From the NCBI GenBank assembly GCA_000431075.1, contig HF986904.1:28320-50549 (forward strand): a stretch of 22,230 bases of DNA. The letters run 5' to 3'. This DNA is from Firmicutes bacterium CAG:555 (lineage in GTDB: Bacteria; Bacillota; Clostridia; Oscillospirales; Oscillospiraceae). A program made the translations under genes and the position numbers. The notes beneath the pieces were generated by a model, which was not told the origin of the DNA, searched no databases, and saw nothing but the letters and a program-made list of their open reading frames with translations. Positions 6,476-14,634 of the stretch are shown here, piece by piece (position 1 is the first letter of the stretch; each line of letters begins with the position of its first letter).

Positions 6476-6510
6476 TTGTAATACACAAAAAGTTATGGTA
6501 CAATAGTACC
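6476..6510 (+). promoter_or_regulatory. Divergent promoter region with a candidate TetR operator palindrome overlapping an extended -10.
   Basis: -35 TTGTAA at 6476-6481, a 17-nt spacer, then TGgTACAAT at 6496-6504. Inverted repeat GGTAC-aata-GTACC at 6497-6510. Confidence 0.4.
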
Positions 6511-6537
6511 GTAAGAAATGAAACATCGGAGGGCGAA

Positions 6538-7101
6538 ATGTACCACATCAAGAACGATAAGCGTGCCTATGCATCGGTCGAGCTCATATGTTCTTCACTG
6601 CTTGAGCTTTTGGAAACAACGCCGTTTGAGCAGATAACCATAAGCGATATCCAGCGGATGTCTACCGTGAGCCGCTCGACATTTTACCGCAATTTTGACC
6701 GCATCGAGGATGTGCTGATGCTCCTGTGCGACCGCAGCTTTGACGCAGCGTTCAAACGAGCCGAGGAGACTGGCGAGGAGATTCGGGTGGCGGTGTTCCA
6801 CTACTGGTTTGAGAATGTGACCCTGCTCGAGACCATTGTCAGAATACACCGCACGGACATTCTCGTTGAGAGTCTGCGCCGAAGCGAGCAGGTGGAGCGA
6901 TACTTCCGCCCGTATATCAAGGACGAGACGGTGTTTGACTACTTCTCGGGCGTCATAGCTTCGGCCATGGTCGGCATACTTTCAACATGGATAGAGCACG
7001 GCAAGGTCGAGAGCGAGGAGCAGGTCATGCAGAACACGCAAAAGGCGTTTGTGAAGCTAATAACACTCAGAATCATGGGAAAATACAGGATAAAGAAATG
7101 A
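6538..7101 (+). CDS. TetR/AcrR-family transcriptional regulator, 187 aa.
   Basis: RBS GGAGGG. N-terminal HTH ...ITISDIQRMSTVSRSTFYRNF. Its stop overlaps the next gene's start (ATGA). Confidence 0.8.
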   Translation: MYHIKNDKRAYASVELICSSLLELLETTPFEQITISDIQRMSTVSRSTFYRNFDRIEDVLMLLCDRSFDAAFKRAEETGEEIRVAVFHYWFENVTLLETIVRIHRTDILVESLRRSEQVERYFRPYIKDETVFDYFSGVIASAMVGILSTWIEHGKVESEEQVMQNTQKAFVKLITLRIMGKYRIKK

Positions 7102-8477
7102 AAGACACAGACAAAACCGAAATTTTTGAATCAACTCCGATGCCCACTGCGGTCGCCAAGCTTTGCATCCCGACGGTGCTTGCGACGCTCGTGATGGTGC
7201 TGTATAACTTAGCCGACACCTTCTTTGTCGGCGAACTAAACGACGCCGTGGAAAACGCCGGTGTCACGCTCGTTGCGCCGGTGCTGCTGGCGTTCAATGC
7301 GGTGAACAACCTCTTCGGCGTCGGCACATCGAGCAAAATGAGCCGTGCTCTCGGCAGCCGTGACTACGACACGGTCTACCGCAGCTCCGCATTCGGCTTT
7401 TATTCTGCGCTCATCTTCAGCGTTATTATGGCCATTGGCTGCACTGTGCTGAAGACACCGCTCATGCGCCTTTTGGGCGCAGATGCAACTACTTGGCAGA
7501 CCACCTCGGACTACTTCTTCTGGACTGTCACCTGCGGTGCCGTTCCGGCTATAATGAATGTCGTCATATCCTACCTTGTGCGTGCCGAGGGCGAGGCGCT
7601 GCACGCCAGCGTCGGTATGATGAGCGGCTGTGTGCTGAATATCATACTCGACCCGATATTCATCCTGCCGTGGGGTCTTGACATGGGGGCTGCCGGAGCG
7701 GGATTTGCGACCTTTATCGCAAACTGCTTTGCCTGCGTGTACTTCCTTGTGATACTCTACCTCAAGCGCAAGACGACCTATGTCTGCATAAAGCCGAGTA
7801 TGTTCTCGTTCCGCAAGGACATTGCAAAGGATATATGTGTTGTCGGCATTCCGGCATCGATACAGAATTTGCTCAATGTCACGGGCATGACAATTCTCAA
7901 CAACTTCACCGCTGCCTACAACAGTGCCGCCGCCGTTGCGGCAATGGGCATTGCCAACAAGATAAGCATGGTGCCGCTGTACTGCGCCATGGGAATTTCG
8001 CAGGGTATAATGCCGCTTATAAGCTACAACTATGCATCGGGAAACATAAAGCGCATGAAGCAGTCGATAACATTCACGACGAAAATTTCCTTGGGAATAA
8101 TCATAGTTCTGGCGGCGGGGCTATACCTCGGCTCGGGAAGCGTCGTTGCGGCGTTTCTCAACGAGCCGGAGGTCATATCCTACGGAGCTCGCTTCCTACA
8201 TGGCATGAGCCTTGCACTGCCGTTTCTGTGCATCGATTTTGTCGCAGTCGGCGTGTTCCAGGCCTGCGGCATGGGTGGCAAATCACTTATATTTGCGCTC
8301 ATGCGCAAGCTTGTGCTTGAGATACCGGCGCTGTTCATACTCGATAAGCTGTTCCCACTGTACGGCCTTGCATATGCCCAGTTAGTGGCAGAGGTCGTGC
8401 TTGCGGCTGCAGCCGTGATGGTGCTTTCAAAAATGTTCCGCAGGCTGCAAAACGAAAGAGGAGTGCAAAATGGCTGA
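7098..8477 (+). CDS. MATE-family multidrug/oligosaccharidyl-lipid/polysaccharide efflux transporter, 459 aa.
   Basis: Start chosen at the ATG at 7098 (MKDTDKTEIF...), which has RBS AGGA 7 nt upstream and overlaps the TetR stop. The track start at 6987 lies inside tetR. The sequence shows about 12 hydrophobic helices with MATE-like motifs. Confidence 0.8.
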   Translation: MKDTDKTEIFESTPMPTAVAKLCIPTVLATLVMVLYNLADTFFVGELNDAVENAGVTLVAPVLLAFNAVNNLFGVGTSSKMSRALGSRDYDTVYRSSAFGFYSALIFSVIMAIGCTVLKTPLMRLLGADATTWQTTSDYFFWTVTCGAVPAIMNVVISYLVRAEGEALHASVGMMSGCVLNIILDPIFILPWGLDMGAAGAGFATFIANCFACVYFLVILYLKRKTTYVCIKPSMFSFRKDIAKDICVVGIPASIQNLLNVTGMTILNNFTAAYNSAAAVAAMGIANKISMVPLYCAMGISQGIMPLISYNYASGNIKRMKQSITFTTKISLGIIIVLAAGLYLGSGSVVAAFLNEPEVISYGARFLHGMSLALPFLCIDFVAVGVFQACGMGGKSLIFALMRKLVLEIPALFILDKLFPLYGLAYAQLVAEVVLAAAAVMVLSKMFRRLQNERGVQNG

Positions 8478-9264
8478 AATTATTGAGATACAAGACATTT
8501 CCGCACCCGAGCTTGCGCCGTTTGCAAGACTGACGGAAGCTCAGCTAAGGCAAAAATCAGACCCCGAAAAGGGCATTTTCATTGCCGAGAGCACCAAAGT
8601 CATAGAATATGCGCTAAATTTCGGCTGCGAGCCGATAGCGTTTTTGATGGAGCGACGGCACATTAACGGTCAGGCTGCCGGGATAATCGCCGCCTGTGCC
8701 GATACGCCGGTCTACACCGGCGACAGCGAAATTCTCGCCGAACTCACCGGCTTTGAGCTCACCCGCGGCGTACTGTGCGCAATGCGCCGCCCGGTGCTTC
8801 CGGATGCTGCGGATATCTGCCGCAGCGCACGCAGGGTTGCGGTGCTCGAGGGATTGGCCGACCCCACGAATGTCGGGGCGATATTCCGTTCTGCCGCCGC
8901 GCTCGGCTTTGATGCTGTGCTTGTCGACAGAACCTGCTGCGACCCGCTGTACCGCCGTGCGGTAAGGGTGAGCATGGGCACGGTACTTCAGATACCGTGG
9001 ACACGCATAGACAGTGCCACAGAGCTTAAAGCTCTCGGCTTCAAGACCGCCGCCATGGCGCTTACGGATAATTCCGTCAGTATCGATGACCCTGCACTTT
9101 GCAGCGAGAAAAAGCTTGCCGTCATCATCGGCAACGAGGGCAGGGGACTTTCCGAGGAGACAGTTTTGAACAGCGACTACGCCGTAAAGATACCCATGTC
9201 CCACGGTGTTGACTCACTTAACGCTGCTTCCGCCGCTGCGGTTGCATTTTGGCAGTTAAGATAA
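8470..9264 (+). CDS. TrmH/SpoU-family RNA 2'-O-methyltransferase, 264 aa.
   Basis: RBS AAGAGGAG. SpoU-type motifs: VLEGLADPTNVGAIFRSAAALGFDAVLV, VIIGNEGRGLSEE and IPMSHGVDSLNAASAAAVAF. It overlaps the MATE stop by 8 nt, suggesting co-transcription. Confidence 0.75.
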   Translation: MAEIIEIQDISAPELAPFARLTEAQLRQKSDPEKGIFIAESTKVIEYALNFGCEPIAFLMERRHINGQAAGIIAACADTPVYTGDSEILAELTGFELTRGVLCAMRRPVLPDAADICRSARRVAVLEGLADPTNVGAIFRSAAALGFDAVLVDRTCCDPLYRRAVRVSMGTVLQIPWTRIDSATELKALGFKTAAMALTDNSVSIDDPALCSEKKLAVIIGNEGRGLSEETVLNSDYAVKIPMSHGVDSLNAASAAAVAFWQLR

Positions 9265-9293
9265 TTTACATGTGCGCCAAAGTGTGCTATGAT
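9265..9293 (+). promoter_or_regulatory. Candidate sigma-A promoter for prfA.
   Basis: TTTACA at 9265-9270, a 17-nt spacer, then TATGAT at 9288-9293. Confidence 0.4.
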
Positions 9294-9322
9294 AAAATAT
9301 CACGATAAATGTGGAGTGGACT

Positions 9323-10387
9323 ATGCTCGAAAAGTTAAAACAACTTGACAATAAATATAACGAGATCCAGCAGCGCATGGAAAGCGGCGAGATATTCGCA
9401 GACCCGTCGGCATACACAAAATGCGCCAAGGAGCTCAAGGAGCTTGAGCCCATTGTGCAGTGCTACCGTGAGTATTGTGCTTGCGGAAAGCAGATGACGG
9501 ATGCGCAGGAGCTCATGTCCGACCCAGAGTTCAAGGAGCTTGCGCAGGAGGAATATTCCGAGGCAAAGCAGAAGCTGGGCGAGCTTGAGGAAAAGCTCAA
9601 GATACTGCTTCTGCCCAAGGATCCGAACGACAGCCGCAATGTCATTATGGAGATCCGCGGCGGTGTCGGCGGCGAGGAAAGCTCGCTGTTTGCCTACGAT
9701 CTTTTCCGCATGTACTCAATGTACGCCGAACGCAAGGGTTGGAAGATAGATGTCGTGAACCTGAACGAGACCGAGCTTGGCGGCATAAAGGAGATAAGCT
9801 TCGTTGTCGAGGGCGAGGGGGCGTATTCAAGGCTCAAGTTTGAAGCGGGCGGACACCGTGTGCAGCGTGTGCCGGAGACGGAATCCGGCGGCAGGATACA
9901 CACCTCGGCGGCGACCGTTGCCGTGCTCCCCGAGGCAGAGGAGGTCGAATTTGAGATAAACCCAAACGACCTGCAAATCGACACCTACCGCTCATCAGGC
10001 GCAGGCGGCCAGCATGTAAACAAGACCGAGAGTGCAATAAGGATAACGCACCTGCCTACCGGAGTTGTCGTCGAGTGCCAGGACGAGCGCAGCCAGTATA
10101 AAAACAAGGACAGAGCAATGAAGATACTCCGCTCCAAGCTCTATGAGGCCGAGCAGGCAAAGCAGCAGGCGGCGATTGCGGCCGAGCGCAAAAGTCAGGT
10201 CGGCTCGGGCGATCGCAGCGACAGAGTGCGCACCTATAACTTCCCGCAGAACCGTGTTACCGACCATAGGCTCACCGGTGATGTGCGCAATTTCAACATC
10301 GCAAGTGTCATAAACGGCGACCTTGACCCGATAATCGACGCACTTGTGACGGCTGATCGGGCGGAAAAACTCAAAAATCGGGCATAA
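9323..10387 (+). CDS. prfA: Peptide chain release factor 1.
   Basis: ATG at 9323, 6 nt after GGAG. GGQ motif (SSGAGGQHVNKTESA) and PxT-type RF1 region. About 354 aa. Confidence 0.9.
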   Translation: MLEKLKQLDNKYNEIQQRMESGEIFADPSAYTKCAKELKELEPIVQCYREYCACGKQMTDAQELMSDPEFKELAQEEYSEAKQKLGELEEKLKILLLPKDPNDSRNVIMEIRGGVGGEESSLFAYDLFRMYSMYAERKGWKIDVVNLNETELGGIKEISFVVEGEGAYSRLKFEAGGHRVQRVPETESGGRIHTSAATVAVLPEAEEVEFEINPNDLQIDTYRSSGAGGQHVNKTESAIRITHLPTGVVVECQDERSQYKNKDRAMKILRSKLYEAEQAKQQAAIAAERKSQVGSGDRSDRVRTYNFPQNRVTDHRLTGDVRNFNIASVINGDLDPIIDALVTADRAEKLKNRA

Positions 10388-11601
10388 TGGATATGAAAAC
10401 AACGATAATAAAAGACGATATCGAACTTGCGTCCACGCTCATAAAAAGCGGCAAGCTTGTCGCCGTGCCGACCGAGACGGTGTACGGCCTTGCGGGCAAC
10501 GGCCTGGACACCGAAGCGGTTGAGAAGATATACGAGGTCAAGGGCAGACCGCAGATAAAACCGCTTGCACTCATGATACCCGACAGCGGCAGCATGGAGC
10601 GCTACTGCGAGCCTGTTCCCGAGCAGGCGAAAATGCTTGCAAAACGCTTTTGGCCCGGACCGTTGACGATAGTTTTAGAGGCGAAAGCCATTGTGCCGGA
10701 GATAGTCCGAGCGGGCGGAGATACCGTTGCACTGCGCTGTCCCGACCATCCGCTGACGCTTGAGCTTCTGCAAAAGGCGCAGCTTCCGCTGGCAGCGCCC
10801 TCGGCAAATCCGTCCGGTGAGCCGAGTCCAAAGAACGCCGCTAAGGTCGTTGAATACTTCGACGGCAAAATTTCCGCCGTAATTGACGGCGGCGAGTGCG
10901 GCATCGGCACGGAATCGACCATCATTGACATGAGCAAAACTCCGTATAAGATACTGCGTGAAGCGGCGCTGCCCAAGGAAACGATAAGAAAAGCCCTTGC
11001 CGATGATCTCACCGTGCTCGGCATAACCGGCGGCACGGGCTGCGGTAAAACGACAGCCCTGCGGCAGCTTGAAGCGCTGGGAGCGATGATAATTGACTGC
11101 GATGCCGTGTATCACGAGCTTCTTGAAACGGACGAAAAGCTTTTAAATGCCATTGAAACGGCGTTTCCCGGATCTGTGACGGACGGAAAGCTCGACCGCA
11201 AACGCTTGGGCGGCATCGTGTTTGGCTCGGAGCGGGACTTGAAGCTTCTAAACGAGATAACGCACCACTATATATCGCTTGAGGTCGAGCGCAGACTGTG
11301 CGACTTTGCGATGAACGGCGGAGAGCTTGCCGCAATCGACGCAATTGCACTCATCGAAAGCGGCCTTGCCAAACGATGCAAGGCGGTCATAGGCATTGTT
11401 GCCGAGACCGAGACGAGGGTGCAGCGCATCATGAAACGTGACGGCATAAGCCGTGAGTATGCCGGTAAGCGTATCGCAGCGCAGAAGCCGAACGAATTTT
11501 TTGAAAACAGCTGTGACTATGTCCTGCACAATGATACGACCGAGCGGGACTTTGCCGATAAATGCACAAATCTATACAAGGAAGTACTGAAAAATGGATG
11601 A
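10387..11601 (+). CDS. Fusion protein: an N-terminal L-threonylcarbamoyladenylate synthase domain (TsaC/YrdC/Sua5/YwlC) joined to a C-terminal dephospho-CoA kinase (CoaE), 404 aa.
   Basis: The N-terminus has KLVAVPTETVYGLAGN and LTIVLEA, characteristic of YrdC. From about residue 210 it has the P-loop VLGITGGTGCGKTT and CoaE-like IIDCDAVYHELLE...LDRKRLGGIVFGS. No stop or strong internal RBS separates the two parts. The start overlaps the prfA stop (TAATG). Confidence 0.75.
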   Translation: MDMKTTIIKDDIELASTLIKSGKLVAVPTETVYGLAGNGLDTEAVEKIYEVKGRPQIKPLALMIPDSGSMERYCEPVPEQAKMLAKRFWPGPLTIVLEAKAIVPEIVRAGGDTVALRCPDHPLTLELLQKAQLPLAAPSANPSGEPSPKNAAKVVEYFDGKISAVIDGGECGIGTESTIIDMSKTPYKILREAALPKETIRKALADDLTVLGITGGTGCGKTTALRQLEALGAMIIDCDAVYHELLETDEKLLNAIETAFPGSVTDGKLDRKRLGGIVFGSERDLKLLNEITHHYISLEVERRLCDFAMNGGELAAIDAIALIESGLAKRCKAVIGIVAETETRVQRIMKRDGISREYAGKRIAAQKPNEFFENSCDYVLHNDTTERDFADKCTNLYKEVLKNG

Positions 11602-12973
11602 AATCAGAAATCAATTATTCTATCAGCAGAAAAACGGCTATGACCTTATCGATACCGCAGAGCGCATTGCCGTCGAGGATTACAGCCTTGAGTACATGAG
11701 CTTTCTCAATGCCGCACGCACCGAGCGTGAGGCAGTGAAGCTCGCCATAGCGCAGGCCGAATCGGCAGGCTTTGTAGAGTATAAGATCGGTATGGAGCTC
11801 AAGCCCGGCACAAAAATTTACCGTAACAACAGAGGCAAGGCTCTCATGCTCGCCGTCATCGGCAAAAAGCCTTTGAGCGAAGGCTGCGTTATAGCGGGAG
11901 CTCATGTCGATGCACCCCGCATAGACTTAAAGCAGAACCCCCTGTACGAGTCCGATGAGCTTGCCTACTTCAAGACCCACTACTACGGCGGTATCAAGAA
12001 GTACCAGTGGGTGACGATCCCGCTCGAGCTGCACGGCGTTGTTGCGCTCAAAAACGGCGAGGTCGTCGATGTCACTATCGGCCGTGAGCCGGAGGATCCC
12101 CAGTTTGTTATCACGGACCTCTTGCCGCACCTCGGCAAGGATCAGATGAAAAAGACCATGGAGGAAGGCATAACCGGCGAAGGGCTGAATATCCTCATCG
12201 GCAGCGTGCCTTATGCAGACTCCGGCAGCGACAGAGTGAAGCTGAGCATAATGAGCATCCTCAACGACCGCTACGGTATCGTCGAGGAGGATTTCCTGTC
12301 TGCCGAGCTCACCGCAGTGCCCGCATTTGAGGTGCGTGAGATAGGTCTCGACCGCTCACTCATCGGCGGATACGGCCACGATGACCGTGTGTGCGCATTT
12401 GCAGAGCTGCATGCGATTTTCAATGTTGAGACCCCCAATAAGACCTGCGTCTGTATCCTCGCCGACAAAGAGGAGACCGGCTCGGACGGTGTGAGCGGTA
12501 TGCAGAGCAGCGCCTTTGAGTGCTTCATGGAGGATCTTTGTGAGCAGCAGGGCGTGAGCCTGCGCCGCTGCTTTGAAAACAGCTTCTGTCTGTCGGCCGA
12601 TGTTACTGCAGCCTTTGACCCGAACTTCCCCGAGGTCTCGGAAAAGCGCAACGACTCCAAGCTCAACTACGGCATGGGCATCTGCAAATTCACCGGCGCA
12701 AGAGGCAAGTCCGGCACGAGCGACGCATCCGCCGAGGTGGTCGCCCACCTGCGCAGGCTGTTTGCAGAAAACGGCGTTATCTGGCAGCTGAGCGAGCTCG
12801 GCAAGGTCGATCAGGGCGGCGGCGGCACGATAGCCAAGTTTATGGCAAACCGTAATATCGACACCATCGATGCGGGCGTACCCGTACTGAGCATGCACGC
12901 ACCGTTCGAGGTCGTGTCAAAGTTAGACTGCTACATGACCTATAAAGGTGTATTAGCTGCTTATAATGAATAA
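11594..12973 (+). CDS. M18-family aminopeptidase (aspartyl aminopeptidase-like), 459 aa.
   Basis: Motifs GAHVDAPRIDLK, GGYGHDDRVCAFAE and LSMHAPFEV fit M18/M42 zinc aminopeptidases. It overlaps the upstream gene by 8 nt. Confidence 0.8.
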   Translation: MDEIRNQLFYQQKNGYDLIDTAERIAVEDYSLEYMSFLNAARTEREAVKLAIAQAESAGFVEYKIGMELKPGTKIYRNNRGKALMLAVIGKKPLSEGCVIAGAHVDAPRIDLKQNPLYESDELAYFKTHYYGGIKKYQWVTIPLELHGVVALKNGEVVDVTIGREPEDPQFVITDLLPHLGKDQMKKTMEEGITGEGLNILIGSVPYADSGSDRVKLSIMSILNDRYGIVEEDFLSAELTAVPAFEVREIGLDRSLIGGYGHDDRVCAFAELHAIFNVETPNKTCVCILADKEETGSDGVSGMQSSAFECFMEDLCEQQGVSLRRCFENSFCLSADVTAAFDPNFPEVSEKRNDSKLNYGMGICKFTGARGKSGTSDASAEVVAHLRRLFAENGVIWQLSELGKVDQGGGGTIAKFMANRNIDTIDAGVPVLSMHAPFEVVSKLDCYMTYKGVLAAYNE

Positions 12974-12984
12974 TTTGAAACTTT

Positions 12985-13026
12985 CACCTCTGATTTGGTT
13001 ATGCTAAGTCAGAGGTGATTTTTTTG
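12985..13026 (+). terminator. Intrinsic terminator hairpin after the aminopeptidase. It also overlaps the RBS and start of the next gene.
   Basis: CACCTCTGA-15 nt loop-TCAGAGGTG followed by ATTTTTTT. Confidence 0.5.
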
Positions 13027-13674
13027 GACGAGATAAAGGAGCTTGGCAGCGTAACTGCCCAAACGCCGCAGGGAATGATACAATGCCTGACGATAATCGG
13101 ACAGGTGGAGGGGCATCAGGTCATGCCCGAGGATACGAAAACAACGAAGTATGAGCATGTGATGCCGCTGCTTGCCGCTGTGGAGGAGTCCGAGGAGATA
13201 AAGGGGCTGCTGATACTGCTAAACACCGTCGGCGGCGATGTTGAAGCGGGACTGGGCATTGCGGAGCTCATTGCGGGCATGAAAAAGCCCACGGTGTCGC
13301 TCATTCTCGGCGGCGGGCACTCTATCGGCGTGCCGCTTGCAGTAGCCGCAAAGCGCAGCTTCATAGCCCCGTCGGCAGCAATGACGATCCATCCCGTGCG
13401 CTTAAACGGCGTTGTCATCGGTGTGCCGCAGACCTATAATTATTTTGCCCGCATACAGGAACGCATAGTGGGCTTTGTGACGAGCCACTCGAATATAAGT
13501 CGTGAGCGCTATAATGAACTGATGCTCGCCACCGATGAGATAGCAAACGATGTCGGCAGCGTCATCTACGGCGAAGAGGCGGTCAGCTGCGGACTCATAG
13601 ACAGCATCGGCACGCTCTCCGATGCGCTGGATTATCTCCATTCAGCCTGCAATGAAACGAAAAAAGACGGATAA
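13015..13674 (+). CDS. tepA: Translocation-enhancing protein TepA / ClpP-like peptidase family (S14), about 219 aa. The start is ambiguous: GTG at 13015 or TTG at 13024.
   Basis: TIIGQVEGH, LLILLNTVGGDVEAGLGIAELIAGMKKPTVSLILGGGHSIGVPLAVA and TIHPVR match the TepA/YmfB-type ClpP paralogue. AGAGGTGA lies 5 nt before the TTG at 13024. Confidence 0.7.
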   Translation: MIFLDEIKELGSVTAQTPQGMIQCLTIIGQVEGHQVMPEDTKTTKYEHVMPLLAAVEESEEIKGLLILLNTVGGDVEAGLGIAELIAGMKKPTVSLILGGGHSIGVPLAVAAKRSFIAPSAAMTIHPVRLNGVVIGVPQTYNYFARIQERIVGFVTSHSNISRERYNELMLATDEIANDVGSVIYGEEAVSCGLIDSIGTLSDALDYLHSACNETKKDG

Positions 13675-13688
13675 TTCCGTCTTTTTTT
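13659..13688. terminator. Intrinsic terminator flanked by an A run and a T run.
   Basis: AAAAAAGACGGA-taat-TCCGTCTTTTTTT, overlapping the tepA stop. Confidence 0.6.
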
Positions 13689-13692
13689 ACTA

Positions 13693-13746
13693 TTGTGCTT
13701 TTATACATTATATGATAAAATACCTAAGTTAGGTATACATAATATC
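13693..13746 (+). promoter_or_regulatory. Candidate uppP promoter with an embedded 15-bp palindrome and flanking 12-nt direct repeats.
   Basis: -35 TTGTGC at 13693-13698, a 17-nt spacer, then TGaTAAAAT at 13713-13721. Palindrome TACCTAAgTTAGGTA at 13721-13735. Direct repeats TATACATtATAT (13702-13713) and TATACATaATAT (13735-13746). Confidence 0.35.
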
Positions 13747-13772
13747 GCATAAGGGTATGGAGGCCGAATGAT

Positions 13773-14612
13773 ATGACCATTGGCGAAGCCATAATTTTAG
13801 GACTTGTTCAGGGCATTGCGGAGTTTCTGCCGATATCCAGCTCGGGACATCTTGCAATACTCCAAAATCTTTTTAATATGTCGGATATCGAGGGCGGACA
13901 CATGTTCTTCGATGTCCTGCTGCACTTCGGCACGCTTGTTGCCATCTGCTTCATGTATTGGAGTGATATAAAGGCTATGGTCGTCGAGGTGCTGGCGCTT
14001 TTGTCCGGCCGCAAGGCCGTTACCGCCGACGGAAGACCCAAGCAGTATCCGGCGGCAAGAATGTTTTTCCTCATCGTTGCCGCAACGCTGCCTTTGGTGC
14101 TTATTCTGCCGATAAACGACTACATAGGCGAGCTTTCGCAGTCGACTGTGTTCGTCGGCATAGCGCTTATTCTCACTGGCTTTCTGCTGCTGGTTTCCGA
14201 TAAGATGACCCCGGGCACAAAGACCGAGAAAAATATGCGCTTTTCCGATGCACTCATCATCGGCCTGTGTCAGTGCGTTGCGACCCTGCCGGGACTTTCC
14301 CGCTCGGGAACGACGATAACCGCAGGCATCGCAACGGGGCAAAACCGTGGTTATGCGGTAAAGTTCTCGCTTCTGATGAGCATTCCGGCGGTCTTGGGCG
14401 CAACGCTTTTGGAGCTTATAAAGGCCATAAAGACGGGCATAGATGCATCGCTCATACCGGCGTATCTTTTCGGCATGGTTGCCGCAATGGTGTCCGGCGT
14501 TCTGGCGATAGGACTTTTAAAGATGATAGCAAAGAGCAAGCGCTTTGGCGGCTTTGCCTACTACTGCTGGATAGTCGGCGCACTCACGATAATTCTTTCC
14601 ATGATATTCTGA
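13773..14612 (+). CDS. uppP: Undecaprenyl-diphosphate phosphatase (BacA/UppP).
   Basis: GGAGG lies 9 nt before the ATG. Motifs ...EFLPISSSGHL... and ...PGLSRSGTTITAG... are characteristic of UppP. Eight hydrophobic helices. Confidence 0.9.
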   Translation: MTIGEAIILGLVQGIAEFLPISSSGHLAILQNLFNMSDIEGGHMFFDVLLHFGTLVAICFMYWSDIKAMVVEVLALLSGRKAVTADGRPKQYPAARMFFLIVAATLPLVLILPINDYIGELSQSTVFVGIALILTGFLLLVSDKMTPGTKTEKNMRFSDALIIGLCQCVATLPGLSRSGTTITAGIATGQNRGYAVKFSLLMSIPAVLGATLLELIKAIKTGIDASLIPAYLFGMVAAMVSGVLAIGLLKMIAKSKRFGGFAYYCWIVGALTIILSMIF

Positions 14613-14634
14613 TAAAGGCAGGGATAGCTTAGTA

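Noticed and set aside
5630-6481. 283-aa + strand ORF antisense to the ferredoxin gene.
   Set aside because: It is fully embedded antisense in a well-supported CDS. It has no RBS and a low-complexity Leu/Ala/Gly-rich translation typical of GC-rich antisense frames. Other long antisense ORFs were rejected for the same reason: 3349-3804 (-), 3471-3800 (-), 8614-9204 (-), 8712-8981 (-), 12356-12898 (-), 13797-14342 (-) and 15028-15786 (-).
6446-6526. N-terminal extension of the EFR1 ferredoxin as given in the track (MFHFLRYYCTITFCVLQYTHYMKGMIF-).
   Set aside because: There is no RBS and it would run through the divergent promoter. The ATG at 6445 has AAAGGAA 9 nt upstream and starts the conserved flavodoxin-like N-terminus.
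6987-7097. Upstream start for the MATE transporter as given in the ORF track (MDRARQGRER...).
   Set aside because: This stretch lies inside tetR in another frame and has no RBS. The ATG at 7098 has an AGGA RBS, overlaps the tetR stop (ATGA), and begins the hydrophobic MATE N-terminus.
9311-9322. Start of the prfA ORF as given in the track (MEWTMLEK).
   Set aside because: The first codon there is GTG and it overlaps the GGAG RBS. The ATG at 9323 (MLEKLKQLDNKY) gives canonical RF1 length with correct RBS spacing.
11014-11601. Independent coaE gene starting at the internal GTG at 11014.
   Set aside because: It is in frame with no stop separating it from the TsaC domain. No Shine-Dalgarno precedes the GTG. 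A true fusion is more parsimonious, and it is kept as a finding to be tested.
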